This document shows positions 44,311 through 54,500 of a stretch of DNA of 64,000 bases, piece after piece. The stretch is from an uncultured candidatus Brocadiaceae bacterium. GTDB lineage: Bacteria > Planctomycetota > Brocadiia > SM23-32. Made by a program: the position numbers and the translations under genes. The stretch covers positions 7,822 to 71,821 of the forward strand of contig CAZZNQ010000004.1 of the NCBI GenBank assembly GCA_964655775.1, read 5' to 3'. Position 1 is the stretch's first letter; each line of letters begins with the position of its first letter. The notes under the pieces are model-generated. The model saw nothing but the letters and a program-made list of their open reading frames with translations, did not search any database and had not been told where the DNA came from.

Positions 44311-44904
44311 TCACGCCCCTGCCACGGGCTCGGAAGCGAACGCCATTCCTTTGCGGAACGCCTGCAGATTCAGGGCGAGAAGGTCCGCTTTTCGCGCACC
44401 CAGCAGTTCCTCGATGGCCGTGCAGCAGCTTTCCTCGCCGATCAGTCCCGTGGCCTGTATGAAGGCGCCCATCATCAGCACGTTGGCTATCTTCAGGTTG
44501 CCGAGTTCCACGGCCATCTCGCTGGCCGGCAGCGCCAGGAGTCGGGCGTTCGGAGCCGCGGGTTCGTCTACCAGCGAGTCGTTCGCTACGAGCAGCCCGC
44601 CCGGTTTCAGGCGGGAGGCATATTTCTCGAAGGAGAGCTCGTTGAGTATGATGAGGCTGTCCGCCTCCTCCACCAGCGGGCTATAGATGGCGCCGGAGCT
44701 GATGACCACCTGCGTTTTTGCGGTGCCCCCCCGCACCTCGCTACCGTAGGAGGGCAGGTAGGTCACCGTTCGGTTCTCGCGCATGGCGGCCATGCACAGG
44801 AGCTTGCCCAGCGTGAGAACACCTTGTCCTCCAAATCCGGCGACGATAAGCCGGTGTTCGAAGGCCGCGTCGCTTCCAGCCGCCTCGGAACTGCTTTCAG
44901 CCAT
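44311..44904 (-). CDS. 2-oxoacid:ferredoxin oxidoreductase, gamma subunit
   Basis: IVAGFGGQGVLTLGKLL...SYGSEVRGG pattern. Confidence 0.85.
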   Translation of the reverse strand: MAESSSEAAGSDAAFEHRLIVAGFGGQGVLTLGKLLCMAAMRENRTVTYLPSYGSEVRGGTAKTQVVISSGAIYSPLVEEADSLIILNELSFEKYASRLKPGGLLVANDSLVDEPAAPNARLLALPASEMAVELGNLKIANVLMMGAFIQATGLIGEESCCTAIEELLGARKADLLALNLQAFRKGMAFASEPVAGA

Positions 44905-44910
44905 CGCAGG

Positions 44911-45699
44911 CTATCCCTTTCTGGATCCCTTGCGGCGTCTGTCCCTTATCACGCCCAGCGGGAAGGCCTTGCTCACCGTTTCGTTGATGTGCCGGTAGCT
45001 CTCTGCCGGCGACATGCGCCAGTAGGTGGGGCAGGGGGAAAGCACTTCCACAAGCGAGAACCCGCCCTCATCGATCTGGTAGCGGAGCGCCGACTTGAGC
45101 ATGCGCTTGGCCTCCATCACCCTCTCCGGTGAGGTGACGGTCACCCTGGCCAGCAGGCCGGGCGCCTCCAATTGGTTGAGAAGCTCGCACATGCGGATGG
45201 GGTAGCCGGTGCTCGCCGCGTCTCTGCCGCGCGGGGTGGTGGTGGTTTCCTGGCCTATCAGGGTGGTGGGGGCCATCTGGCCCTGCGTCATTCCGTAGAG
45301 GCCGTTGTTGATGAAGATGATGGTGATGCTCTCGCCGCGGTTGGCGGCGTGGATCGTCTCCGCCATGCCGATGGAGGCCAGGTCGCCGTCGCCCTGATAG
45401 GTGAACACCACCGTATCGGGTCGCATTCGCTTGATGCCGGTCGCCACGGCCGGAGGGCGTCCGTGTGCGGCCTCGCTCCAATCGATGTCGATGTAGTTGT
45501 ACGCGATTACTGCGCAGCCGACCGGCGCAATGCCTATCGTCCGCTCGCGGATGTCCAGTTCGTCCAGGACTTCTGCCAGCACGCGGTGCATCGTGGCATG
45601 GCCGCAGCCCGGACAGTAATGCGTCTTCACCGCCCGCAGGCACTCCGGCCGCTGGTACATGGCCTTCGGTGTCTGCATCTGCGCGTGGTTAGTTGTCAT
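44911..45699 (-). CDS. 2-oxoacid:ferredoxin oxidoreductase, beta (TPP-binding) subunit
   Basis: YCPGCGH near the N-terminus and the TPP motif GDGDLASIG...NNGLYGMTQGQ. Confidence 0.9.
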   Translation of the reverse strand: MTTNHAQMQTPKAMYQRPECLRAVKTHYCPGCGHATMHRVLAEVLDELDIRERTIGIAPVGCAVIAYNYIDIDWSEAAHGRPPAVATGIKRMRPDTVVFTYQGDGDLASIGMAETIHAANRGESITIIFINNGLYGMTQGQMAPTTLIGQETTTTPRGRDAASTGYPIRMCELLNQLEAPGLLARVTVTSPERVMEAKRMLKSALRYQIDEGGFSLVEVLSPCPTYWRMSPAESYRHINETVSKAFPLGVIRDRRRKGSRKG

Positions 45700-45739
45700 A
45701 TCATATCCTGTCCGCTGCCGTTATGTCGTATCTGTCTTC

Positions 45740-46813
45740 TCAGGCGAACGCGTCGGCAAGTTTCTCCACGATGTCCGCCGCAGTGGGTACCTCACCGCCC
45801 ATCCGGGCCAGCAGCTCCACTCTGCATCGGCCCTCAACGCCCAGGCGCACGTCGTCCACCATCTGGCCCGCGCTCATCTCCACCACAAGCACGCCGCGTG
45901 CCCTTTCCGCCGCTGCGGCCACCTGCTTCATGGGGAACGGCCACAACGTGACGGGGCGCAGGAGAGCCACGCTCACCTCCAGCCCCTCGGGCGGCCGCTC
46001 CACCACATTGCGGCACACGCGCGCGGAGGTTCCGTAGGCGACCAGGTAGACGTCTGCATCCTCCGGCCCCACCACCTCGCAGCGGACCTCCTTCTCCGTG
46101 ATCTCGGCGTATCTCGATTGCAGGCGCTCGTTCAGCTCGCGCAATTCTTCCGCCGTGCCGTAATAGGAATGCAGGACGTTGCGCGGGCGCTCCGGCTCGC
46201 CGGTCAGCGCCCAGGGCTTCACGGGTGGATGCGGTTCCGGCAGGTGGTCGAAGCAGACGGGCTCCATCATCTGGCCCAGCATGCCGTCGCCCAGAACGAT
46301 CACGGGCGTTCGATACCGGTCTGCAAGGTCGAAGGCCAGGTAGGTCAGGTCGCAGACCTCCTGTCCTGTGCTTGGCGCCAGGGAGATGCAGCGATAGTCG
46401 CCGTGGCCGCCACCCCTGGTGGTCTGGTAATAGTCGGCCTGCGAGGGCGAGATGTTCCCCAGACCGGGGCCGCCGCGCTGCATGTTGATGATGACGGCGG
46501 GGAGCTCGCTTCCGGCCAGGTAAGAGATCCCCTCCTGCTTCAGGCTGATGCCGGGACTGCTGGACGACGTCATGCATCGGGCGCCTGCGGCACTGGCTCC
46601 GTACAGCATGTTGATCGCCGCCACCTCGCTCTCCGCCTGCACGAAATCGCCGCCCCGCAGGGGAAGCTGATCCGCCATGTAGGCGGTCAGTTCGTTCTGA
46701 GGGGTGATGGGGTATCCGGCGTAGAACCGACAGCCGGCCCGTATGGCCGCCTCGCCGGCCGCTTCGTTACCGGAGATGAGAATGCGTCTTGCCTCTCCGG
46801 GGTCTTGGTTCAT
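45740..46813 (-). CDS. 2-oxoacid:ferredoxin oxidoreductase, alpha subunit
   Basis: Start at ATG 46813 (MNQDPGE). GNEAAGEAAIRAGCRFYAGYPITPQNE and QAESEVAAINM patterns. Confidence 0.9.
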   Translation of the reverse strand: MNQDPGEARRILISGNEAAGEAAIRAGCRFYAGYPITPQNELTAYMADQLPLRGGDFVQAESEVAAINMLYGASAAGARCMTSSSSPGISLKQEGISYLAGSELPAVIINMQRGGPGLGNISPSQADYYQTTRGGGHGDYRCISLAPSTGQEVCDLTYLAFDLADRYRTPVIVLGDGMLGQMMEPVCFDHLPEPHPPVKPWALTGEPERPRNVLHSYYGTAEELRELNERLQSRYAEITEKEVRCEVVGPEDADVYLVAYGTSARVCRNVVERPPEGLEVSVALLRPVTLWPFPMKQVAAAAERARGVLVVEMSAGQMVDDVRLGVEGRCRVELLARMGGEVPTAADIVEKLADAFA

Positions 46814-46839
46814 GGCGCTGCGCTGGCTATCGGTTGGAA

Positions 46840-47109
46840 TCACTTCCCGTGCGAGCCTACCGCGTCCTCGGCTTCTGACGCATCCTCGACACAGGAGATC
46901 TCTATGGCCGCGTCCGGGCAGATCATAGCGCATCGTCGGCAGCCCGTGCAATCCGCCTCGGCGCCCGGGTGAACGGCGGCCGTCTGGATGCCTTGCTTGT
47001 TCGGCTTCTGCCGGATGTAGAGCCCGCCGTGTTCACAAAACTCGACGCAGAGCCCGCATCCCTTGCAGAAGTCCTCCAGGACAGTGACGACAAAGGTCCT
47101 ATCTGACAT
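46840..47109 (-). CDS. 2-oxoacid:ferredoxin oxidoreductase, delta subunit (2x[4Fe-4S] ferredoxin)
   Basis: CKGCGLCVEFC and CTGCRRCAMICP motifs. Confidence 0.85.
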   Translation of the reverse strand: MSDRTFVVTVLEDFCKGCGLCVEFCEHGGLYIRQKPNKQGIQTAAVHPGAEADCTGCRRCAMICPDAAIEISCVEDASEAEDAVGSHGK

Positions 47110-47935
47110 ATCTTGGTTGGCCTCGCCAATCCAGCTTGTTGCGTAAGGTGTCGAAAAACGTGTTCCGGCCCGTGCAGATGAGGCGCAGGGGCTCGTCCGC
47201 CTTCCGGATCGCTACCACGTCGTTGTGGTGGAGGGTGCTGTTGACCTGGCCGTCCACGGTCAAGGACGGCCGCTCCGGGGATTGCGTTACGGACATGGTG
47301 ATCCGGCAGTCGCCCGGCAGCACCAGCGGCCGGTTGCTTAGCGTGTGGGGGCAGATGGGGGCCAGCACGAAGGCCTCCAGGTCCGGATAGAGGATCGGTC
47401 CTCCGGCGGCCAGGCTGTGCGCCGTTGATCCGGCCGGAGTGGCGACAATCAGGCCGTCGGCCCGATAGGTGTTGACGATGTCTCCGTTTACGTGAACATC
47501 GATGGTTATCAGCCGGGAGAGCGCCGTGCGCGATATCACCGCGTCGTTCAGTCCGATGGTGTCGAGTATCGCCTTACCGCCGCGCTGCAGCTCGCACTGC
47601 AGCATCATCCGTTCGGATACGGTATAGCGACCTTCGATCACGTCGGTCAGCACGGCCTCGAACTCGGCGGCGGTACTCTCCGTGAGAAAGCCGAACTTCC
47701 CCAAGTTGAGGCCCAGCAACGGTATCTGCTGCTCTGCCACCTGCCGAGCCGTGCGCAGAACGGCGCCGTCGCCGCCCAGCACGATGGCAACGTCGAACGG
47801 CTCACTGGAATCCGGCATGGCCATCTCCAGGTTTACCGTGACGTCCGCGCGCCCCTCGAGCCACTCGCATATTCGGTCGGCCGAGGCGGATACGTTCTGC
47901 TTGTCCCGGTCGCCCAGGATAACGATATTCTTCAT
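47099..47935 (-). CDS. nadK: NAD kinase
   Basis: IVLGGDGAVL (GGDG) and NLGKFGFL motifs. The 3' end overlaps the delta-subunit start by 11 nt. Confidence 0.9.
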   Translation of the reverse strand: MKNIVILGDRDKQNVSASADRICEWLEGRADVTVNLEMAMPDSSEPFDVAIVLGGDGAVLRTARQVAEQQIPLLGLNLGKFGFLTESTAAEFEAVLTDVIEGRYTVSERMMLQCELQRGGKAILDTIGLNDAVISRTALSRLITIDVHVNGDIVNTYRADGLIVATPAGSTAHSLAAGGPILYPDLEAFVLAPICPHTLSNRPLVLPGDCRITMSVTQSPERPSLTVDGQVNSTLHHNDVVAIRKADEPLRLICTGRNTFFDTLRNKLDWRGQPRYVR

Positions 47936-47974
47936 GGCATATAGCCGGTTCTGCGGTTCGGTCGGGCGATCACT

Positions 47975-48241
47975 CTACTGCTCGGGCGCATCAAACGGTT
48001 CCTCGCCGAGCTCGCCCTCCATCGTCTCGACCAGTTTCCGCACCTTCGTCTCGGCCTTCTCCAGCGCCTCCCGGCAACTGCGATAGGCGCGGATACCATC
48101 TTCGTAGACGCTCAGGGAGTCGTCGAGAGACAGGTTGCCTTCCTCAAGCTGGGCCACGGCCTTCTCCAGCGATTCAAGATTCTCCTCGAAGCTCCGAGGC
48201 TCCGCCGTCTCGGCAGCTTCCGGCTTATCCGTCTCGGCCAT
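47975..48241 (-). CDS. xseB: Exodeoxyribonuclease VII small subunit
   Basis: FEENLESLEKAVAQLEEGNLSLDDSLSVYEDGIRAYRSC matches the XseB helix-hairpin. Start at ATG 48241. Confidence 0.85.
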   Translation of the reverse strand: MAETDKPEAAETAEPRSFEENLESLEKAVAQLEEGNLSLDDSLSVYEDGIRAYRSCREALEKAETKVRKLVETMEGELGEEPFDAPEQ

Positions 48242-48272
48242 GCGCGCCCCTTCCGCGCTCGCGGCAAGGCAG

Positions 48273-48301
48273 TTGTCTCCTCGATACAAGGCCCCTATTA
48301 T
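48273..48301 (+). promoter_or_regulatory. Sigma-70-type promoter candidate for the radical-SAM gene
   Basis: TTGTCT-N17-TATTAT. Confidence 0.45.
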
Positions 48302-48326
48302 ATTCGATGGGTACCGTATAGTCCAA
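48297..48326 (-). promoter_or_regulatory. Sigma-70-type promoter candidate for xseB-nadK-OFOR
   Basis: The minus strand reads TTGGAC-N18-TATAAT. Its -10 element uses the same bases as the plus-strand -10. Confidence 0.5.
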
Positions 48327-48359
48327 AAGGAACCCGCCCAACCCGAGGGGGGCACGCGG

Positions 48360-49229
48360 ATGGAGACGCAGCCGTCGCAGGATAACGTGGACCGGTGCTA
48401 CGCTCTTGCGGAGCAATGCGTCCTGTGTCCCCGCCTGTGTCGTGTGGATCGGCTGCGTGGCGAGAGGGGCTACTGCGGAGTGGGGAAGACGCCCGTCGTC
48501 GCGAGCTCGGGTCCGCACTTCGGCGAGGAGACGGTTCTGGTGGGAAGCGGTGGTTCCGGCACTATCTTCCTTTCGGGCTGCAATCTGCTCTGTGTATTCT
48601 GTCAGAATCCCGACATCAGCCACGGCATGATCGGCCGGGAGCAGACCCCGTCCGAGATGGCCGAGAACATGCTGTCGCTGCAGCGCCGGAGCTGTGAGAA
48701 CATCAATCTCGTCACGCCTTCCCACGTCGTTCCGTGGCTGATGGACGCCGCGCGACGGGCTCGCCTGAACGGCCTCACCGTGCCGATCGTCTATAACTGC
48801 GGCGGATATGATCGCCTGGAGACGCTGCGGCTGCTGGAGGGGACCGTCGACATCTACATGCCCGACGCCAAGTTCTGGGACCCGGAGATGGCGTTCCGGT
48901 ACGCCAACGCCCGAAACTACGCGGATGTGATGGGGGCGGCGTTGCACGAGATGCACCGGCAGGTGGGCGTGCTGCAGGTGGAGGACGGCGTCGCCACGCG
49001 CGGCCTGCTGGTGAGGCACCTGGTGATGCCCGGCGGTGTGGACGACAGCAAGCGGATCCTCGACTTCATCGCGACCGAGGTCTCGCCCGATACCCACGTG
49101 AACGTCATGCCGCAGTACCGCCCCATGTATCGCGCGGAGCAGTACCCAACGATCTCCCGGCCTGTCAGCGCGGAGGAACACGAGGAGGTGCGCCGTTACG
49201 CCGGGGACCTCGGCCTCAACCTACTCTGA
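48360..49229 (+). CDS. Radical SAM protein, PflX-like (pyruvate formate-lyase activase homolog)
   Basis: CNLLCVFCQN radical-SAM triad preceded by the N-terminal Cys cluster CVLCPRLCRV...GYCG. Start at ATG 48360. Confidence 0.8.
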   Translation: METQPSQDNVDRCYALAEQCVLCPRLCRVDRLRGERGYCGVGKTPVVASSGPHFGEETVLVGSGGSGTIFLSGCNLLCVFCQNPDISHGMIGREQTPSEMAENMLSLQRRSCENINLVTPSHVVPWLMDAARRARLNGLTVPIVYNCGGYDRLETLRLLEGTVDIYMPDAKFWDPEMAFRYANARNYADVMGAALHEMHRQVGVLQVEDGVATRGLLVRHLVMPGGVDDSKRILDFIATEVSPDTHVNVMPQYRPMYRAEQYPTISRPVSAEEHEEVRRYAGDLGLNLL

Positions 49230-49250
49230 TGTGCCGAGAGCGCTTGCTGG

Positions 49251-50765
49251 TCAGAAGCTGTAGCGCAGCCCCAGGTACACGTTGGTATTCCGGTCGAGCT
49301 GGCCGAACTGCGTGTGCACCTCGTCGCCAAGGAACACGTTCGCTCCGCCGTCCAGCCGCAAGCGGTCCGTGATGTCGTACGAGAAGTGCGGGCGTAGATA
49401 GCTGTCGTCGTCCGAGGGGCTGTAGAAGGTGATTAGCTCCAGGCGCAGGTCCTGGTTCATCAGGAGTTTGGTCAGGCGGAGGGTGAACGTGTGGCGGCTC
49501 TCCTCGGACCTGGGTGCGCCCGGGGGCAGGGAGCGCTTGTAGTCGCCGTAGTCGAGCATGTGTTCCAGGTAGTATTGCACCCCCACGGTGAAGTCCGGCG
49601 CGATGCGGGGCAGGTCCTGGCTGTATCCCGCGAGGAAGCGCAGCTCGCTGTTGCGCACAAAAGGGTTGCCTCCGCCCGGGTCGTCGACCGAGTCGTAGTA
49701 GCCTGCCTCCAGGCTGCCGATGCCTTTACCGAGCTGGCCGCGGACGCTGGCGCCGTAGACGTTCAGGCGCGGGAAGGTGAACTTCCCGTTCGCCGGGTTG
49801 TTTCCCGCAGGACTCTTCCAGAATCCGTGATATCCGTAGGCGGCGAGCTCGTAGCCCTTCACGTTGCGGTAGAGCCGCAGGGCCAGTTCGTCGTCGTGGA
49901 ACCACCTCTCCCGGTCATCGACGCGGATGCGCACGGATTCGCCGGTGCGTGTTCCCAGCAGGGGGTTGTAGTAGCTCAGCCGCTTGCCGGTGACGTAGAC
50001 GTCGGGGTCGAAGTGGGGCGTGTAGACGATGTCCAGGTTGGCCAGATCGCTGAAGAAGCTCAGCTTGAAGGCGTCCGATGGCGCCTTGAGATACTCGATG
50101 TCGCGGCCGATGAAGAAGGAGACGTAGTCCTTGGGGAACAGGTCGTTGATGAAGATCAGGTCGCCGGTGCCCCAGGTGAGTATCTGGCGGCCGATCTTCA
50201 CGTCCGCGAACGGCACCGGGGAAAACGCCAGGTTTGCCTCCCGGATCTCCACCAGGGACTCCCTGGTGACGAAGTCCCGGACGAGGTCCGCCTTGACCAT
50301 GAACTGGACGCCGCCGTAGTAGGGATCCGATTCGAGCTGGAGGCGCGTCTCGCCCAGAGTGAAATCGCGCGAGACGTACGGGTCGTCCACCACGCGGCTA
50401 CCGGCGCGAACGTCCAGAAACCCGTGCAGGGGCAGAGGCAAGGCGCGCAGCCGGCTGTCCAGCTTCTCGGAGAACGTCAGGACCTCCGGTTCGGCCTCGG
50501 GCGGCTCTTCGCCCCCGTCCTGCATGGCCGGCATCTCCGGTAGACCGGGCTCGCCCTCGCCCGCGCCCATCTCGGGCATGGCGGGAAGGCCCGGCTCCTC
50601 CGGCTCTTCCCCCCCGCCGATCAGCGGCAGCGGGGGGCCGGCGTCTTCCTCCGCCGGCATCGCCGGCAGGGGCGGTTCCTCCTGGGAACGTGCGACGGGC
50701 ACGAGCGACAGAAACGTCAGCAAGGCCGCCGCGCACAGCGCGCGGGCGCTCTTCTTGAGTCTCAT
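49251..50765 (-). CDS. Outer-membrane beta-barrel protein with Pro/Glu-rich N-terminal extension
   Basis: Signal peptide, alternating beta-strand pattern and C-terminal ...YLGLRYSF. ATG overlaps the upstream stop (ATGA). Confidence 0.7.
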   Translation of the reverse strand: MRLKKSARALCAAALLTFLSLVPVARSQEEPPLPAMPAEEDAGPPLPLIGGGEEPEEPGLPAMPEMGAGEGEPGLPEMPAMQDGGEEPPEAEPEVLTFSEKLDSRLRALPLPLHGFLDVRAGSRVVDDPYVSRDFTLGETRLQLESDPYYGGVQFMVKADLVRDFVTRESLVEIREANLAFSPVPFADVKIGRQILTWGTGDLIFINDLFPKDYVSFFIGRDIEYLKAPSDAFKLSFFSDLANLDIVYTPHFDPDVYVTGKRLSYYNPLLGTRTGESVRIRVDDRERWFHDDELALRLYRNVKGYELAAYGYHGFWKSPAGNNPANGKFTFPRLNVYGASVRGQLGKGIGSLEAGYYDSVDDPGGGNPFVRNSELRFLAGYSQDLPRIAPDFTVGVQYYLEHMLDYGDYKRSLPPGAPRSEESRHTFTLRLTKLLMNQDLRLELITFYSPSDDDSYLRPHFSYDITDRLRLDGGANVFLGDEVHTQFGQLDRNTNVYLGLRYSF

Positions 50766-51598
50766 TCGAGGTATTCCCGAGGGGGTCTGCGCAGGTAGCG
50801 CTCGGAGAAGATGTCTTCGGGCAGGTCTATTGCGTATTCCACGTCGGTGTAATCGGCCACGGTGCGCGCCGTGTCGCTTCCCTGCTCGCGCAGGTCGCGC
50901 ATCTCGGTCTTCAGGGCCGTCCAGTAGCCGTCCACCTTGTCCATGCCGAGCACGCGATACTGGCGGTATTTCTTGCCCGCCTTGTCGTAGTAGTACGCAT
51001 GCAGGGGCATGAACGTGGTGCGATGGATGTACATCTCGTAGTAGGAGAACTCGACCACGTCCGCGTCTTTCGGCGTGTTCTTGAGCACGTAGTAGTTCTC
51101 GGTGGTTTTCACCAGCTCGTGTTCGTCGTCGTTGATCGAGCGGCCGGACACGTCTTCGTAGAAGAAATGGGTACCGACGAAGCTCGTCCTCTTGTCGGTG
51201 GCCGCGATGCGGTTCACCAGGTCCAGGCTCGGGTTGTAGAGCCAGCGGTCATCGTCGCCCTTCTCGTGCTTCCACACCAGGAACGATGTCCCACGCACGT
51301 CCACCGGCCGGAGGAAATAGGCGTAGATCTTCTGGTTGAGGCCTTCCTCGGCGTTGCGCCTCAGGATGATCAGCTCCCGTTCGCCGCGCACCTTGCCGTC
51401 GGCATCGTAGATCTTCATCGTGACGCGTGCCCGTCCGGTGCCGCCCTGGTAGTAGGCGACCTGGTTGGCCTTCCGGACGATCTCGTCCACGGACGGCGCA
51501 TCGGCGGCTACCACCTGCCTTGCGGCGAAGGCGGACAGCAACATGCCGAGAACGGCAAGCGCGGGTACAACGGTCAGTCTGGTTCGAGCGTTCATCAT
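50762..51598 (-). CDS. LolA-like outer-membrane lipoprotein-sorting family protein
   Basis: Signal peptide MMNARTRLTVVPALAVLGMLLSAFA, then the pattern ...DEIVRKANQVAYYQG...RWLYNPSL...FFYED... seen in LolA-like proteins encoded next to COG1033-type RND exporters. ATGA overlap with the RND stop. Confidence 0.65.
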   Translation of the reverse strand: MMNARTRLTVVPALAVLGMLLSAFAARQVVAADAPSVDEIVRKANQVAYYQGGTGRARVTMKIYDADGKVRGERELIILRRNAEEGLNQKIYAYFLRPVDVRGTSFLVWKHEKGDDDRWLYNPSLDLVNRIAATDKRTSFVGTHFFYEDVSGRSINDDEHELVKTTENYYVLKNTPKDADVVEFSYYEMYIHRTTFMPLHAYYYDKAGKKYRQYRVLGMDKVDGYWTALKTEMRDLREQGSDTARTVADYTDVEYAIDLPEDIFSERYLRRPPREYLE

Positions 51599-54500
51599 TG
51601 TGTTTCCTTTCCTTGCTGCTCCTGCGCCTGCTGCTCGGCCTGTATACGGCAGGCCCGCCGCCGGCACAGGATACCACACACGGCTACCGACAGGGGTATC
51701 AGAATCACGGCCATCCACGTCAGGGCGTTGGGGCCGGCTCCCGACTGGTGGAAGCTTATGGCAAGAAGCGCAACCGCCGCTATCGAGGCCGCAAAGCAGG
51801 CGGCGCAGTTGCAGGTGACGCGCTGAACCTTGAGCGCCGCGAACAACCGGCCCTTCAGCAGGTTCACCAGCGCCGGCAGAAGCAACAGCGTGGTGACCGC
51901 CGCCAGGCCCAGAATCCCCGCCATGAAGAAGCCGACGGTCTTGTACGGCGTAAGGGGCGCCACCAGCAGCGGCAGGAACCCCACCGCGACCACAATGGCA
52001 TTGCGGCTTATGGCCCGGGCCGGCTCGCCGAACACGTGGCCCGACGCGGCATCCCAGGAACCATACTCGCGGACGGCGTTGCGGGTACGGGCCAGGAAAT
52101 GGATGGCGAAATCGATGGCCAGGCCCAGCGTCAGCGACGAGAGCACGGCCACGGGCATGTCGTAGTCCTTGCCGACAAGGCCGATCAGCCCGTAGATCAC
52201 GGCGATCGTCATTGTCAGCGGAATCATCGACAGCAGGCCCCACAGCGCCGAGTGGAACAGCACCGTCATCAGAATGAAGACCACCAGGAAGCTGCCCATG
52301 AACGCCTGCAGCATTCCGGCGACCATCTTCTGCTGCCAGGCCACGTTTATGTAAGTCAGCCCGAACCAGTCGTGATCGATGGGAACCGGTGGCGTATGGT
52401 CGACCATGTATTCGTCTACCTGTGCGATCACCCGCTCCATGTCCTTATTGTCGCCGCTCTTGAGCTGAAGCCACACGTTGGCGCGGTTGTATTCCGGCGT
52501 CACAAAGTGCCACAGGTCGTCCGGCGTGTGGCTGTTGCCGAACTGGAAAAGGCACTCGGCGACCATGCCCGGACTGTCGGGGACGGAATAGGCATCCTCC
52601 TCGCCGCGCAGTTCCTTGTGGACCTTCTTGACGATGTCCACCACGGAGTTGCTCTTGCCCACCACGGTCTCCGATCCGCGCAGCCCGGGATCGGTGAGGC
52701 TGTTCGCGAGCCCCTCCATGTATCGGAGGACCTCGGGACGCTTGAGCGGCTGCTCCAGGAGCAGGCTTTCCGACCGCACGGCGGTTCCCACGTCTTCCCA
52801 TGCGTAGGCCGTCAGCCCTGTGGCCTCCCCGCGCTGGGCATCGAAGGCCTTTGTCACGGCGTCCAGAAGCACATCGGCCGACTCGGTCTTCTCCGCATTG
52901 CTCTCGACCAGGTCACGGGCCGCCGCGAAAACGTCGGCCTGGGGATCATCCGGGTACTGAGTTGCGAAGCGGGCTTCGGCCTCGTCGATCCGGGTCCACA
53001 GGGCGTCGGCGACGTCCTGCGCGCTCTCGGCACCGGGCTGCGGCGTCAGCGCCAGGTACGCCTGGTAGGTGCCGGCGAAATGGCTGTTGAGCACGCGGTC
53101 CGCCACGCGGATCGGGTGATTGTAAGTGAACCACTTGGTCGGGTTGTCGTTGATGCGTATCTGCGTTATGCCGTAGACCGCCGCGGCGACGACTAAGGCG
53201 GAGGCGCCCAGGATGAGCTTGCCCCGGCGGAAGGTGAAGTCGCCCACCCGGTGCAGCATCCTCGTGAGCGCTGTCGGGGGAGCTTCGTCGGCGTGCGAGA
53301 CGCCGAAGCCCTCCAGTCGTCGCTCCGGGATGAACATGATGTAGGCCGGAATGAGCGTAACCGTGAGCAGCCAGGCGAACATGATGCCGAATGCGACGAA
53401 CACGCCGAATACCTGCACGGGCGGGATGGGCGTGAGCGCCAGGGACGCAAAGCCGGCCGCCGACGTCAGCGATGTGTAGAGCATCGGCACGAACAGTTCT
53501 TCCATCACCTTCAGCACGGTCGCCTTCCGGTCGCGCGTGGCCTGATAGCGGTCGAAAAACTCGGACAGGATGTGTATCGCGTCCAGAACCGCTATCGGCA
53601 TGATGAAGATGGGGATCATCGAACTCATGATGTGCACCGTGTAGCCCAGCGCAATCAGGAGCCCCATGGTGGCGATAACGGAGACAAGGGCGACGATCAT
53701 CGGGCTGACGATCAACACCGGCTTCCGGAAGAACACGAACAGCAGGATGAAGATGACGACCATGGCCATCGGCGCCGAGACCGCCATCTGGATGAACATC
53801 TCGTGGCCGAAGGTGTCCTCCGCCACCGGCAGGCCCGTGATGTGATACTCCTCCGGACCGCCCAGCTCAGACGTCATTTCCTGGAGGCGTTGCGAGACCT
53901 GGTATGAAATGTCTTTTGCCGTGATCGGCACGTAGATGCAGATCGCCTTGCCGTCCTCCGAGACGACGGTGCCCTTCAGCAGGGGGTTGTTCAGCGCGCC
54001 GTCCCGCACGGCCAGGCACTCCTCGCGTGTCTCGGGAAGCGGTTTCGACATGAGGTAGGAGAAGTTGACGGTGCCGGCGCGGTGCTCTATGCGGTCGACC
54101 GTTGACGGCGCGAGCAGGTCGATGACAACAACACCCTCTTCCGCCTGCCTAGTGTCCGCCGCGGGTTCGGCGGGAAGGGGCGCTTCCATGTCGCCGGCGC
54201 CGGGAACAGGCGGCTCCTCGCTCGATCCGCCCATCTGCGGCAGGCCGGGTTCTCCGCCCCCGCCCATCTGGGGCAGCCCCGGTTCCCCATCGGCCGGGCC
54301 CGAGCCGGTCGGCAACGGGGGAGGGCTGGTCTCATCGTCGGCGTGCATGGGCTCCGCCCCCTGGGCCTTGGCCTGGGCGTCCGCCTCCTCCACGTCGCGT
54401 AGCTTCCGCATGGCTACGCCGGGCTTCAGCCCGTCGCCGCGCAACAGCTTTGCGAACTCCGTGAGCCGGTACACCTTGCGAAGCGAGTCGGGATTGAACA

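Noticed and set aside
51599-52243. Upstream extension of the LolA-like ORF
   Set aside because: It overlaps the 3' end of the RND gene. The signal peptide begins at the MMNARTRL start, which forms an ATGA junction with the RND stop.
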